Below are positions 53,413-62,568 of a stretch of DNA of 64,000 bases, in pieces. The DNA is taken from the IMG/VR virus record IMGVR_UViG_3300010938_000951, positions 1 through 64,000 of that record. One strand, 5' to 3'. The notes beneath the pieces are model-generated. The model did not search any database, was not told the DNA's origin, and worked only from the letters and a program-made list of their open reading frames with translations. The stretch's first letter is position 1, and every line of letters starts with the position of its first letter. The position numbers and the translations under genes are program-made.

Positions 53413-53808
53413 ATGAACCCTAAAGAAGTTGGCGAGAAAACAGAAGCCGCCATCCTAAATCATTTCATCCAAAAAGGCGTTTCAGTATCATTGCCGTGGG
53501 GTAATAACCAGCGCTATGATATGATTATTGATGTAGATGGTAAACTTCTTAAAGCACAATGTAAAACTGGCACCTACAAAAAGGGTGTCATTTCTTTTTC
53601 TACTAGCAGCAAAGCTGGCGGAAAAGAACGTAAAGATTATAAGGGTCAAATTGATTGTTTCTTAGTTTATTGTGAACAGCTAAACAAATACTATAAAGTA
53701 GACATTGAGGGTTTACATAATGTAAATGCTATGTCTCTTAGAGTTGATCCTCTTAAAAAGTTTGGTCCCAAGTCTGCCATTAGGTGGGCAAAAGACTATG
53801 AAGTATAA
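53413..53808 (+). CDS. PD-(D/E)XK homing endonuclease, I-Ssp6803I-like
   Basis: GEKTE..G..VSLPWG...RYDMIIDVDGKLLKAQCKT. Confidence 0.85.
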   Translation: MNPKEVGEKTEAAILNHFIQKGVSVSLPWGNNQRYDMIIDVDGKLLKAQCKTGTYKKGVISFSTSSKAGGKERKDYKGQIDCFLVYCEQLNKYYKVDIEGLHNVNAMSLRVDPLKKFGPKSAIRWAKDYEV

Positions 53809-53826
53809 CAGATATTAAGTTGTCAT

Positions 53827-54207
53827 ATGGATCCCGTACTGAAAGCACTTTTAAATTCTATGAAGTGCCCTGTATGTGGCGGTCAGATTGATGGTGTAAC
53901 AAAATTCCATTGTGCATTTAGCAAACAGCACTATAGTGTTGTAATTGATAATGACAATTTCCCCATCCGCATTACTCATGAATACGTAAGAGTAAATGAT
54001 GGACATAAACAGTATTATATTATTCAATCTGAGAATAGAACAGAGATTAATATTTTACAATTGAATGGCGACTATGAAGTAATTCCGCCAGACAAAACAC
54101 AGCCGGCTCCTAAGCCATTTGTTTACGATAAAAGACTTTTTGTTTTCTCGAAAACCAATCGAGAAAAACTAATTAACAAGGTCAAAACCATTTTGGTTTT
54201 CTCCTAA
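53827..54207 (+). CDS. hypothetical protein
   Basis: CPVC N-terminus. Confidence 0.6.
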   Translation: MDPVLKALLNSMKCPVCGGQIDGVTKFHCAFSKQHYSVVIDNDNFPIRITHEYVRVNDGHKQYYIIQSENRTEINILQLNGDYEVIPPDKTQPAPKPFVYDKRLFVFSKTNREKLINKVKTILVFS

Positions 54208-54228
54208 TTTGTCTCTTCGGAGAATGCA

Positions 54229-55155
54229 ATGTCTAAGAAAAATCTTTCCCGCACCGTTATTGAGGGCGGACGTTATACTGGCAACAAATGGGATCGTCGT
54301 AATTCCCATGCCGAAAGTCGCGCTGAAGAACGCAATTACATGCAAGAAGTGCGCCTTGATCCTGACAACTATGATGAGTATGACATCGAGCCCCTTCAAC
54401 ATGTTTACAAGGGCTTTAAAGATAAACTGAGTCCAATGTATCGATGGCTTAATAGTCAAGTTGGTCGTCCTTGGGATGAAGTTTATGCAGACGTCAGAAA
54501 ATCTTTTGACACTCGTACTACTGCTGGTCGTCATATTGTTTTTGATCATTTACTAAGTTCAGTAGAAATTACACCTCGACCACCATACCGTTGGTCTAGT
54601 GTACCAGATGATCCTACTGCGTCCTATTTTGAACATGATTTCTATGTAGATGATGATGGTATCCTACGCAAGAAACGCTATCTTGGTAGGCGTCGTTATC
54701 GAGAAAAAGTTCCTGCTTTTGATACTAATCGTATTTCCAATTGGTTAAACGGCCGTATTGTTGGTAAAGTGGGCAACAAGCTTTTCTGGTTTGTCCCCAC
54801 CACTAAGTCTAAGAAGAGGGGTGGATATAGCCACATTTGGGCTACTGAATGGCATCGTGGTAGCTATTATGCTGACCCCGGCCCGCAATTCCTTTATCTA
54901 ACTTATGAGCCAATTTATAAGAAAGATTCTATGGGGCGGGCAGTTATTGGTGAGGATGGCAGGATGATTATTGTAGATCATCAAGCAAAATGGATTCGAG
55001 CTAGTGTGCCAAGCCTGCGCCAGGATCGTAAGTTGAATGATAAAGATTTACAATTCTGGAATTCTCTTCCAGAATATTATCAAACTAAGATTCTTCAGAA
55101 ATCGCCCGGTTATCCAAAGCCCGCAAAAACTAATCTATATGGATATTACTACTAA
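54229..55155 (+). CDS. basic hypothetical protein
   Basis: GGAG RBS; RWL.SQVGRPWDEVY motif. Confidence 0.65.
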   Translation: MSKKNLSRTVIEGGRYTGNKWDRRNSHAESRAEERNYMQEVRLDPDNYDEYDIEPLQHVYKGFKDKLSPMYRWLNSQVGRPWDEVYADVRKSFDTRTTAGRHIVFDHLLSSVEITPRPPYRWSSVPDDPTASYFEHDFYVDDDGILRKKRYLGRRRYREKVPAFDTNRISNWLNGRIVGKVGNKLFWFVPTTKSKKRGGYSHIWATEWHRGSYYADPGPQFLYLTYEPIYKKDSMGRAVIGEDGRMIIVDHQAKWIRASVPSLRQDRKLNDKDLQFWNSLPEYYQTKILQKSPGYPKPAKTNLYGYYY

Positions 55156-55170
55156 TTTCACATTTCCTAT

Positions 55171-55692
55171 GTGAAGGTACATGGTCCATATAAAAGAAAA
55201 GATGGTCGTCAAATTGTTATCGTCGTTGAAGATGACGGTACAAGGCGAACTATTTCCTATCCTAAATGGTTATTAGAATTACAATTAGGTCGCAAGTTAG
55301 ATCCAGATTTGGAAACTGTAGACCATATTGATAGTAATTTTGATAATAACGATTTAGATAATCTTAGAATAATGCCACGTAAGGATCATTCTACTGAAGA
55401 TACTAGACGTGTAAAATTAGTTCAATTTACCTGTCCTTGGTGTAAAAAAGATTTCGAACGTAGTCCACGTCTAGTAAGAGATAAGGCTCGTAAAAATAAG
55501 GCCGGACCTTTTTGTTCTAGAAATTGTGCCGGTAAGTATAGTCGAAAATTGCAACTTAAATTAATTGATAAATTTGATACGCAGCCAGTTATTGATTCAG
55601 AATATTACAAGAAAAAGTATGTAAAAGCTTTTTCTTCAATTATCGATAGTGATGCGTTAATTGATTTTATTTGTGACGTGTGGGAAGAATAA
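55171..55692 (+). CDS. HNH endonuclease
   Basis: VDHIDSNFDNNDLDNL..H; CPWC..FCSRNC. Confidence 0.85.
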   Translation: MKVHGPYKRKDGRQIVIVVEDDGTRRTISYPKWLLELQLGRKLDPDLETVDHIDSNFDNNDLDNLRIMPRKDHSTEDTRRVKLVQFTCPWCKKDFERSPRLVRDKARKNKAGPFCSRNCAGKYSRKLQLKLIDKFDTQPVIDSEYYKKKYVKAFSSIIDSDALIDFICDVWEE

Positions 55693-55781
55693 TTTCTTAT
55701 ATTTGACTTTTGATGCAAGGCGACATATTATAGGCGTTGGTTTATACGCGATAGTATAGCCGTTACATAAAGAGGAAAATA

Positions 55782-56819
55782 ATGAAGAAAGTCTTAAAGC
55801 TATTTAGCGTCGCACTGGCGAGCATTGGTTTATTAGCACTACCTTCTATAGCTCAAGCCCAAGAGGTAACTTTGAGAGCGGAACCTGGCGTAGCCATTCC
55901 GCTCACTGATCCTCAGGCTCAACGCTTTGGAGTAGGTGGGGCTGTTGCGGTAAAGCCAGAGGTCACCCTATTCCACTATTTAGGAGTTGGTCCAAGTTTA
56001 CAGTGGATTGGTCTTCCATCCAATGTTTCTGGTGTTGATGCTGGTACTGCTACTCGATTGGGTGCTTTTGCACGTGTTAAGCGTCCACATGATGAAACCA
56101 ATACTGGTCGTGGTTTCTCCGCAGCATCCCCTTGGGTTGATGCTGATTTAGGTTATGTTCGTACTGATGGTCTTGATCGTTTAGGCGCCTCTGTTGCTGC
56201 CGGTGTTCAGGTTCCTACTAGTGACTCACGTTGGTTATGGGTTGGCCCATTTGCTCGCTATGATCTTGTTAATCAAGAAGATGGTAAACGCTTGGTTAAC
56301 ACCAACAGTGCTAAAACTTTGATTCTTGGTTTGAGCTTTGAAATTGGGGCGCCTGCTAAAAAGAAAGTAGAGCCACCACCTCCTGCGCCTAAGCCAGTCC
56401 CGCCTCCAGTTGTGGAAGAGCCAAAGAAGCCCGAACCACCTCCAGTTGTTGAGGAAACTGTTGTTAAGTTCAAGCCACGCATCCAGTTTGCTTGGGATTC
56501 TGCAGTGCTTGATGAGGCACAACAAACTGTGTTAAAAGATGTTGTCAAATCACTTTTGGCCGATAAATCTTACAATGTTAAGATTGAAGGTCATGCTTCT
56601 TCTGAAGGTCAGGTTGAGCACAATAACAAATTGTCTCAGCGTAGAGCTGATTCGGTGCGCAATTTCCTCATTGCCAATGGTGTTGATGGAAGCCGCTTGA
56701 CTGCTACTGGGTTTGGTTCCAGAGTACCAGTCGCCGATAACAAAACTGAGGCTGGACGTATCCAGAACCGCAGAGTCGAATTCGACGTATCATTTGTAGT
56801 GGTGAAAGAGAGTAAGTAA
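55782..56819 (+). CDS. OmpA family outer-membrane protein
   Basis: signal peptide, beta-barrel-like region, Pro linker, IEGHAS..N.KLSQRRA..GFG..P....NRRVEF. Confidence 0.92.
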   Translation: MKKVLKLFSVALASIGLLALPSIAQAQEVTLRAEPGVAIPLTDPQAQRFGVGGAVAVKPEVTLFHYLGVGPSLQWIGLPSNVSGVDAGTATRLGAFARVKRPHDETNTGRGFSAASPWVDADLGYVRTDGLDRLGASVAAGVQVPTSDSRWLWVGPFARYDLVNQEDGKRLVNTNSAKTLILGLSFEIGAPAKKKVEPPPPAPKPVPPPVVEEPKKPEPPPVVEETVVKFKPRIQFAWDSAVLDEAQQTVLKDVVKSLLADKSYNVKIEGHASSEGQVEHNNKLSQRRADSVRNFLIANGVDGSRLTATGFGSRVPVADNKTEAGRIQNRRVEFDVSFVVVKESK

Positions 56820-56821
56820 AA

Positions 56822-57718
56822 ATGAAGAAACTAGTTTGTATTTGCTCGCTGTTATTGGCAGCGATTGCAGTAGGATGTGGTTCTCAAGTAGTTGAGTTCC
56901 AAGAAGCAGTTGGTAACAGCGATGCTGGTAGTCCTCCAACTCTCCTTGAGCCACCTCCTGCAGAAGGGTGTGTCGATCAGAATTGTCCACTTGGACAAGC
57001 CTGTCGAGATGGAGTTTGTACTGTAGTCGATCCTTGTGAAGGTGTAATCTGTCCACCTGGTGAAGTTTGCCAGAATGGTGGTTGTGCCGTTGTTGATCCA
57101 TGTGCCGGTGTTATCTGTCCAGAAGGATCGTCTTGCAAAGATGGGGCCTGTGTTCCAAATGATCCTTGTGCTGGTGTTACCTGTCCAGAAGGAGCTACCT
57201 GCCAAAATGGAACTTGTGTAACTCCAGACCCATGTGCTGGTGTGGTATGTGAGGCAGGTACTTGCGTCAATGGTCAGTGTGTCATTTCTGACCCTTGTGC
57301 GGGGGTAGTTTGTGATGGCGGAACTTGTGTCAATGGTCTGTGCGTACCAAATGACCCTTGTGCCGGTGTCACCTGTCCAGAAAATTCTACTTGCCAAAAT
57401 GGCACTTGTGTTCCAAATGATCCCTGTGCTGGCGTAACTTGTCCTCCAGGATCTGAGTGTCGTGGCGGTACTTGTGTAGTAACTGATCCATGTGCTGGTG
57501 TAGTCTGTCCAGAAAGCAGAGTTTGCCGAGATGGCGTCTGTGTCTGTGATGGAGATCATGATGATGATAAGGTTTGCCGTCCAGGTAAAACTTTGATTTG
57601 TCACCGCGCTGGTCCACATGGCAAGAAAGTGCAGCTCTGTGTTGGTAATGCAGCAGTCCCGGCTCACCTCAAGCATGGTGATAAGGTTGGGGATTGCGAT
57701 CAGTGTAATTGCCACTGA
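56822..57718 (+). CDS. Cys-rich tandem-repeat lipoprotein
   Basis: AVGC lipobox; about 10 repeats of DPCAGVxCPxGxxCxxGxCV. Confidence 0.85.
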   Translation: MKKLVCICSLLLAAIAVGCGSQVVEFQEAVGNSDAGSPPTLLEPPPAEGCVDQNCPLGQACRDGVCTVVDPCEGVICPPGEVCQNGGCAVVDPCAGVICPEGSSCKDGACVPNDPCAGVTCPEGATCQNGTCVTPDPCAGVVCEAGTCVNGQCVISDPCAGVVCDGGTCVNGLCVPNDPCAGVTCPENSTCQNGTCVPNDPCAGVTCPPGSECRGGTCVVTDPCAGVVCPESRVCRDGVCVCDGDHDDDKVCRPGKTLICHRAGPHGKKVQLCVGNAAVPAHLKHGDKVGDCDQCNCH

Positions 57719-57741
57719 CTAATTCAGTAGGTAATTGATTC

Positions 57742-57782
57742 AAATGACCTACACCGTAAAAAGTGTAGGTCATTCTATTTTT
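57742..57782 (+). terminator. intrinsic terminator
   Basis: AATGACCTACAC/GTGTAGGTCATT plus T run. Confidence 0.8.
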
Positions 57783-57797
57783 ACAGATTAGGGCGCC

Positions 57798-57825
57798 TTG
57801 ACGCGCTATTTATTAAGAATACATT
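57798..57825 (+). promoter_or_regulatory. sigma70-like promoter
   Basis: TTGACG-N16-TACATT. Confidence 0.65.
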
Positions 57826-57830
57826 GATGG

Positions 57831-58169
57831 GTGAAAGTTATGAGCTTACCTTGGTCACGAGATATGCAATTAGATCCTGGCACATTTGGAGGGTCTCCAG
57901 CATGTCATGTATTAGTTGATATGATGAACAAAAATGTGATTCCTGTTCAGGAAAAACATCGAGTTCTATCATTCATTAGCGGTACTATTTTGCATTTCAA
58001 GGCCATCTCTGCCATCAAAGAAAGAGGTATAAGGGCACGGGTTATGGTGCTTTTGAAAAATGATCTGTTTTCCAGAATAGATCAAATGCCATATCCAGCT
58101 CATTTCAACTCTTATCTGAAGAACGTAGTAAATCACCACTTCAGGCGATACTTAAAAGAAGTAGTCTAG
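57831..58169 (+). CDS. hypothetical protein
   Basis: ORF whose end overlaps RNase P helix P1. Confidence 0.5.
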   Translation: MKVMSLPWSRDMQLDPGTFGGSPACHVLVDMMNKNVIPVQEKHRVLSFISGTILHFKAISAIKERGIRARVMVLLKNDLFSRIDQMPYPAHFNSYLKNVVNHHFRRYLKEVV

Positions 58170-58488
58170 ACAATCGCTCTGCAAGGAGAGGAAAGTCGGA
58201 GCTACATAGGACAGTCTGCTGGCTAACGGCCAGGCGTAGTAATACGACGGAAAGTGCAACAGAAAATAAACCGCCCGCAAGGGTAAGGGTGAAATGGTGA
58301 GGTAAGAGCTTACCGCATGTTTGGCGACAAATATGGCAAGGCAAACCCCAGATGTAGCAAGCTAAACAGAGAGTGACTTGTCCGGTCAATACTCTCGGGT
58401 TAGTGCTGGAGCCGTCAAGTAATTGTCGGCCAAGATTAATGATTGTCTCGATTTATAGACAGAACTCCGCTTATAGGGCTACTTCTTT
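58155..58488 (+). ncRNA. rnpB: RNase P RNA (bacterial type A)
   Basis: P1 AAGAAGTAGTC/GGCTACTTCTT; GAGGAAAGTCGGAGC, GGAAAGTGCAACAGAAA, GGGTGAAA..GGTAAGAGC, GGCAAACCCC, ACAGAACTCCGCTTA with compensatory P4. Confidence 0.95.
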
Positions 58489-58510
58489 TAAGTTCTTTTA
58501 AGGAATTATT

Positions 58511-59029
58511 ATGCAGAAAAAGAAAGTTATTGCCATAGCTCCCAAAGTGGTATCACAATGGGAAGCCGCCCGCCATGAATATAAAAAACTAGAAGATCAA
58601 ATTTTAGATCGTATTGATTATATTCTCAATACTTGGTTTTCTATTTATGGAGCTAAGTTAGAATATTGGTATTTTGATGGGGCGGCTGAAGGTGAGGTGG
58701 GCGATCTTCATCGATTTATGAATACAGATTCTATCTGGAGTTTTTACGTTGAAACTAAAAATTACCCAGATAATGATATGGTATTTATCGATAAAGACGG
58801 CGATGAATATAGTTGGCAATCAGAAATTCCCACTCGTTGGCTTTATGATGATTCCTTTGAGGAAGAAATTATAAAAGGTAAAGCCGAATATGAGAGACGA
58901 GAAGAGGAGCGTCTTGCAAAGAAAAAGCAAAAGACGGCTAATAAAAAAGCTCAAGACGAAAAACTCGTAGAAGAAGCTAAGAAAAAACTTTCAAAAGAAG
59001 AGTTAGCAGCTCTTCGTAGAACATTATAA
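58511..59029 (+). CDS. hypothetical protein
   Basis: AAGGA RBS. Confidence 0.65.
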   Translation: MQKKKVIAIAPKVVSQWEAARHEYKKLEDQILDRIDYILNTWFSIYGAKLEYWYFDGAAEGEVGDLHRFMNTDSIWSFYVETKNYPDNDMVFIDKDGDEYSWQSEIPTRWLYDDSFEEEIIKGKAEYERREEERLAKKKQKTANKKAQDEKLVEEAKKKLSKEELAALRRTL

Positions 59030-59040
59030 AAGGAAAAACA

Positions 59041-59733
59041 ATGGCAGATAAAGTTACCACCGTTAGCGCAAAAGGTTGCGTTGTAACAGATTTTGATACG
59101 GCTACATTTGCACTCTCATTTAATGAGTTTGCTCCTAAAGCCAAAGACGCAAAGCTGAAGCTAAAGAAAGGTGCAGCTAAGATTACAGCGGCCCTTGATG
59201 ATCTCAAGAAACGTGGGTTGGAGTTTTTAACCAACAACTATCGCACTAATATTACAGTGCAACCAAATTATGTTTATGACCGTTCGTCCGGCCAAAACAG
59301 AATGGAAGGACAGAAGGCAACTTACTCTGTAACGTTCCAAACTCCTACACTAGAAATGGTTAGTGAAGCATACGATCTACTTTCTGAATTGGAAGTGAAT
59401 GAACTTTCAATTAATTCTCCTGCTTATTCTGTCAGGTCCGAAGCGCAATTTAAGCAACAAGCATTGGAAGATGCTTGGAAGGTAGCTCAAGTTTTGTTTG
59501 CTAATCAGTGCAAGGTTCTTGGGTTTGATGAAACTAAATTCTCTGTTGATAGCTGGCAGGTTAATTATAGTGGCCATGACCATGGTGGATTTGCTAAGGG
59601 TCGTAGCTATTCAAACTCTGTGCTAGCGGCATCAGCTTCGGCTGATTATGGTGATGAAGCCATTGAACTAAATGCTGGCCGTGCTATCATTGAAGTAGTT
59701 CTGACTGTCGATTACGTTCGTACCGGATCATGA
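59041..59733 (+). CDS. SIMPL (DUF541) domain protein
   Basis: VTTVSAKG...D.A, ITVQPNY.Y, QQALEDA pattern. Confidence 0.7.
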   Translation: MADKVTTVSAKGCVVTDFDTATFALSFNEFAPKAKDAKLKLKKGAAKITAALDDLKKRGLEFLTNNYRTNITVQPNYVYDRSSGQNRMEGQKATYSVTFQTPTLEMVSEAYDLLSELEVNELSINSPAYSVRSEAQFKQQALEDAWKVAQVLFANQCKVLGFDETKFSVDSWQVNYSGHDHGGFAKGRSYSNSVLAASASADYGDEAIELNAGRAIIEVVLTVDYVRTGS

Positions 59734-60401
59734 AAATTAAGCTAGCCTATCCTAAAATTCCTGATACTTTAGACTGTCCACTCAAGCAATGTATTGCTTT
59801 TGAAAAATTGGATGGAACTAATTTGCATTGGGTTTGGAATAGGGAAAAAGGCTGGCATGCTTTTGGTACTCGCCGAGATAGATTTAATCTAGATGAACAA
59901 GGAATTGCTTCTTTCAACCAAGCACATCCCGGACTGGAGGAAGCAATTTCCTTGTTTAGAAAATCGTATGAGCATCTCGCTGAGTATCCACTTAAACATA
60001 AATATGGTCCAATATCAGAATCCACGGGTGACGTAATTCTATTTACAGAGTTCCTTGGAGATAAATCTTTTGCTGGTTCTCACCAAAAAGGCGACCCCAA
60101 AAGATTAGTATTATTTGATGTAATGACTGATAAAGGAATAACTCCACCAGATCAGTTTGTGATTGATTTTGGACAGTTTGATGATATTCCGGGATATTAT
60201 ATTCCACAAATTGTTTTTAGTGGAAAGTTTTCAGGACAATTATTTGTAGATGTTAGGAAAAACAAGTTCAAAGTAAACGAGGGCGTGGTTGTCAAAGGTA
60301 TGTTTGCCGGGCAAGTTTACATGGCCAAGATTAAGACGACTGACTATTTAGAGCGCCTAAAGAAAGAATTTAAAAACGATTGGAAAAATTATTGGGAATG
60401 A
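59730..60401 (+). CDS. RNA ligase (Rnl2-like adenylyltransferase domain)
   Basis: YPKI, EKLDGTN, TEFLG, LFDV, EGVVVK, AKIKT. Confidence 0.85.
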   Translation: MKIKLAYPKIPDTLDCPLKQCIAFEKLDGTNLHWVWNREKGWHAFGTRRDRFNLDEQGIASFNQAHPGLEEAISLFRKSYEHLAEYPLKHKYGPISESTGDVILFTEFLGDKSFAGSHQKGDPKRLVLFDVMTDKGITPPDQFVIDFGQFDDIPGYYIPQIVFSGKFSGQLFVDVRKNKFKVNEGVVVKGMFAGQVYMAKIKTTDYLERLKKEFKNDWKNYWE

Positions 60402-60469
60402 GCCCGGTTGGACGTAAAAGAATTGTATAATTTAATCTCGATATTCAAATTGTTTTTCTTTTGATTTCG

Positions 60470-60497
60470 TTGACACTATTGGAATCGTGTATATAGT
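60470..60497 (+). promoter_or_regulatory. sigma70-like promoter
   Basis: TTGACA-N16-TATAGT. Confidence 0.6.
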
Positions 60498-60541
60498 TAT
60501 GAATATACACGAGGTATGTCCTCAAATTGTGGAGAATTACA

Positions 60542-60874
60542 ATGAGTTCAAAAGACGTCGAGCGTATGACCGCTTTTTCTAAGGAAGTTTATGAGGCCGC
60601 CGAGCATGCTATCGAAGCAATGCAGGATGGCGAACGCATTCAGATTAAAGAGCTTGCTAAGGTAGTTGGGTTAGCTTTAGCCAAGGATCCAAAGGATGTT
60701 CTTGGGTTTGTTAATCACTATGCACATGATAACAGCCTATCCTATGTAACACGTGGAAAGAACGGTGGCATTATCAAGGGCACCAAGCCAGCTAAGGTTG
60801 TTAAAGCTAGCAAGCGCCAAAAGAAAGTTGATACAGTTACTGTAACTGATTCAGTCGTCGATCCAGCTAACTAA
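60542..60874 (+). CDS. hypothetical protein (YVTRGxxGGI family)
   Basis: motif shared with 25532..25966. Confidence 0.6.
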   Translation: MSSKDVERMTAFSKEVYEAAEHAIEAMQDGERIQIKELAKVVGLALAKDPKDVLGFVNHYAHDNSLSYVTRGKNGGIIKGTKPAKVVKASKRQKKVDTVTVTDSVVDPAN

Positions 60875-61206
60875 TGAGTAAAGAGCGAGGTGTTCTTGCT
60901 CAAATACTTAAGAGTTGGGCGCAAGAGCATGATACCAACTTTCAGATTGCATCCGCTACTCCTGGCGATCAGGGCGTAGATGAGACAAGTGCATTCTTTT
61001 CTTGGCTTATCAAGAACACCGAAGCTAACATTGATCTAACGTCTTTGCTAGATAGGCTGGAACTTTATTATCTTAATTTGAAAAAGAAAACATACCCAGA
61101 TGGTATGTTTTGTCGTAAGTGCCAATCATTTTACAAATATGCTGAGCCCAATCAGTCCGATGGTACGTTATTATGTTGGTCATGTCGAACTAATCCATTT
61201 AGATAA
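60874..61206 (+). CDS. hypothetical protein with zinc ribbon
   Basis: CRKC...CWSC. Confidence 0.6.
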   Translation: MSKERGVLAQILKSWAQEHDTNFQIASATPGDQGVDETSAFFSWLIKNTEANIDLTSLLDRLELYYLNLKKKTYPDGMFCRKCQSFYKYAEPNQSDGTLLCWSCRTNPFR

Positions 61207-61215
61207 GAGGAAGAT

Positions 61216-62568
61216 ATGTTGAACTTGAAGAACTTTGTAATCATTGGAGGTGGCACGGTTTCTCATGTTCGTAATCATCTGGCATTGTGCGCTCCAGCAT
61301 ATGGGACCACTGCTAGAAAATTGAATCGTTTGTTTCGTGATAAATTAAATATTGTCGGAGCCGAAGCTCAAATGCGAGAGTATGGTTACTGGCCTTCTGA
61401 TCAATCAGAAGATGTTGTGATGTATCTAACCAAAATGGCAGGATCAGACAACCTTGCACGAGAATCCAATCTAGAAACCAACGCAGATATTTCTAAATTG
61501 GTTGATGAGTTGATCGCAGATCCAAATACTAAGGCTATTATTTTTAATCCAGCTTTGGTAGATTTTGAAGGATCTATTACAACTTCAGGTATAGTTGGCT
61601 ACGAATGGTCCGATGATATTACTACTAAGAGTGGTAAATACGAAGAGCGCCTAAAGACTTCTGAGGGTGAGAAGTCAATGTTATTGTGGCCTTCCGAAAA
61701 AATTATTAGTAAAATTCGTAAAGAACGTAAGGATATTTTCTTAGTTGCGTTTAAGACAACTTGTGGAGCAACTGAAGACGAGCAGTTTTTAACCGGCCTG
61801 CACTTACTCAAGACTAACTCCTGTAACCTAGTTTTGGCTAACGATACCAAGACTAGAGTAAACATGATTATCACTCCGGAACAAGCTCGTCATTGTGTTA
61901 CTACTAATCGAGACATAGCTTTGGATATGTTAGCAGAGATGACTATCTCTCGCTCTAGAGGAACTTTTACCCGCTCTAAAGTAGTGACTGGTAGAGGCGT
62001 TCCCTGGGGCCATGATATGGTTCCAGCCTCTTTACGAAGAGTAGTGAATCATTGTATTCAAGCTGGAGCATACAAGCCATTCCAAGGTTCAACGGTTGGT
62101 CATTTCGCTGTCAAGGTTGATGACAATAGGTTCCTTACTTCTATGCGTAAGACTAATTTCAATCAGCTAGAAGAGTTAGCGCTGGTTCATGCTAATGGCG
62201 ACAATGAGGTTTGGAGTCAGGGAGGGAAGCCCTCTGTAGGAGGACAATCACAACGTATCGTCTTTCGAGAGCATCCTGGCATGGATTGTATTGTTCATTT
62301 CCATTGTCCCCCTAAACCAGGAGCGAAGCTTTCTATCAGAGACCAGGCACCCTACGAATGTGGTAGCCATGAGTGTGGCAAAAATACAAGCAATGGTCTT
62401 CGAGAAGAAGCAGAAGGTATCAAATGTGTCTATTTAGACAATCATGGCCCCAACATTGTCTTCAATCGAAACATCGACCCCGAAAGAGTAATTAAGTTTA
62501 TCGAAGAGAATTTCGACCTAACTAAGTCCACTGACGGAGTAGATAGGACAAAAATAACGGTAGTCTAA
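61216..62568 (+). CDS. CoaB/DFP-like domain fused to class II aldolase-like domain
   Basis: IIGGGT, PALVDF, FLVAFKTT, LVLAND; C-terminal GHFAV..IVHFH..NHG. Confidence 0.7.
   Translation: MLNLKNFVIIGGGTVSHVRNHLALCAPAYGTTARKLNRLFRDKLNIVGAEAQMREYGYWPSDQSEDVVMYLTKMAGSDNLARESNLETNADISKLVDELIADPNTKAIIFNPALVDFEGSITTSGIVGYEWSDDITTKSGKYEERLKTSEGEKSMLLWPSEKIISKIRKERKDIFLVAFKTTCGATEDEQFLTGLHLLKTNSCNLVLANDTKTRVNMIITPEQARHCVTTNRDIALDMLAEMTISRSRGTFTRSKVVTGRGVPWGHDMVPASLRRVVNHCIQAGAYKPFQGSTVGHFAVKVDDNRFLTSMRKTNFNQLEELALVHANGDNEVWSQGGKPSVGGQSQRIVFREHPGMDCIVHFHCPPKPGAKLSIRDQAPYECGSHECGKNTSNGLREEAEGIKCVYLDNHGPNIVFNRNIDPERVIKFIEENFDLTKSTDGVDRTKITVV

Noticed and set aside
56950-57545. DNA tandem repeats as an array or mobile element
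   Set aside because: Explained by in-frame Cys-rich protein repeats. The antisense ORFs here are shadows.
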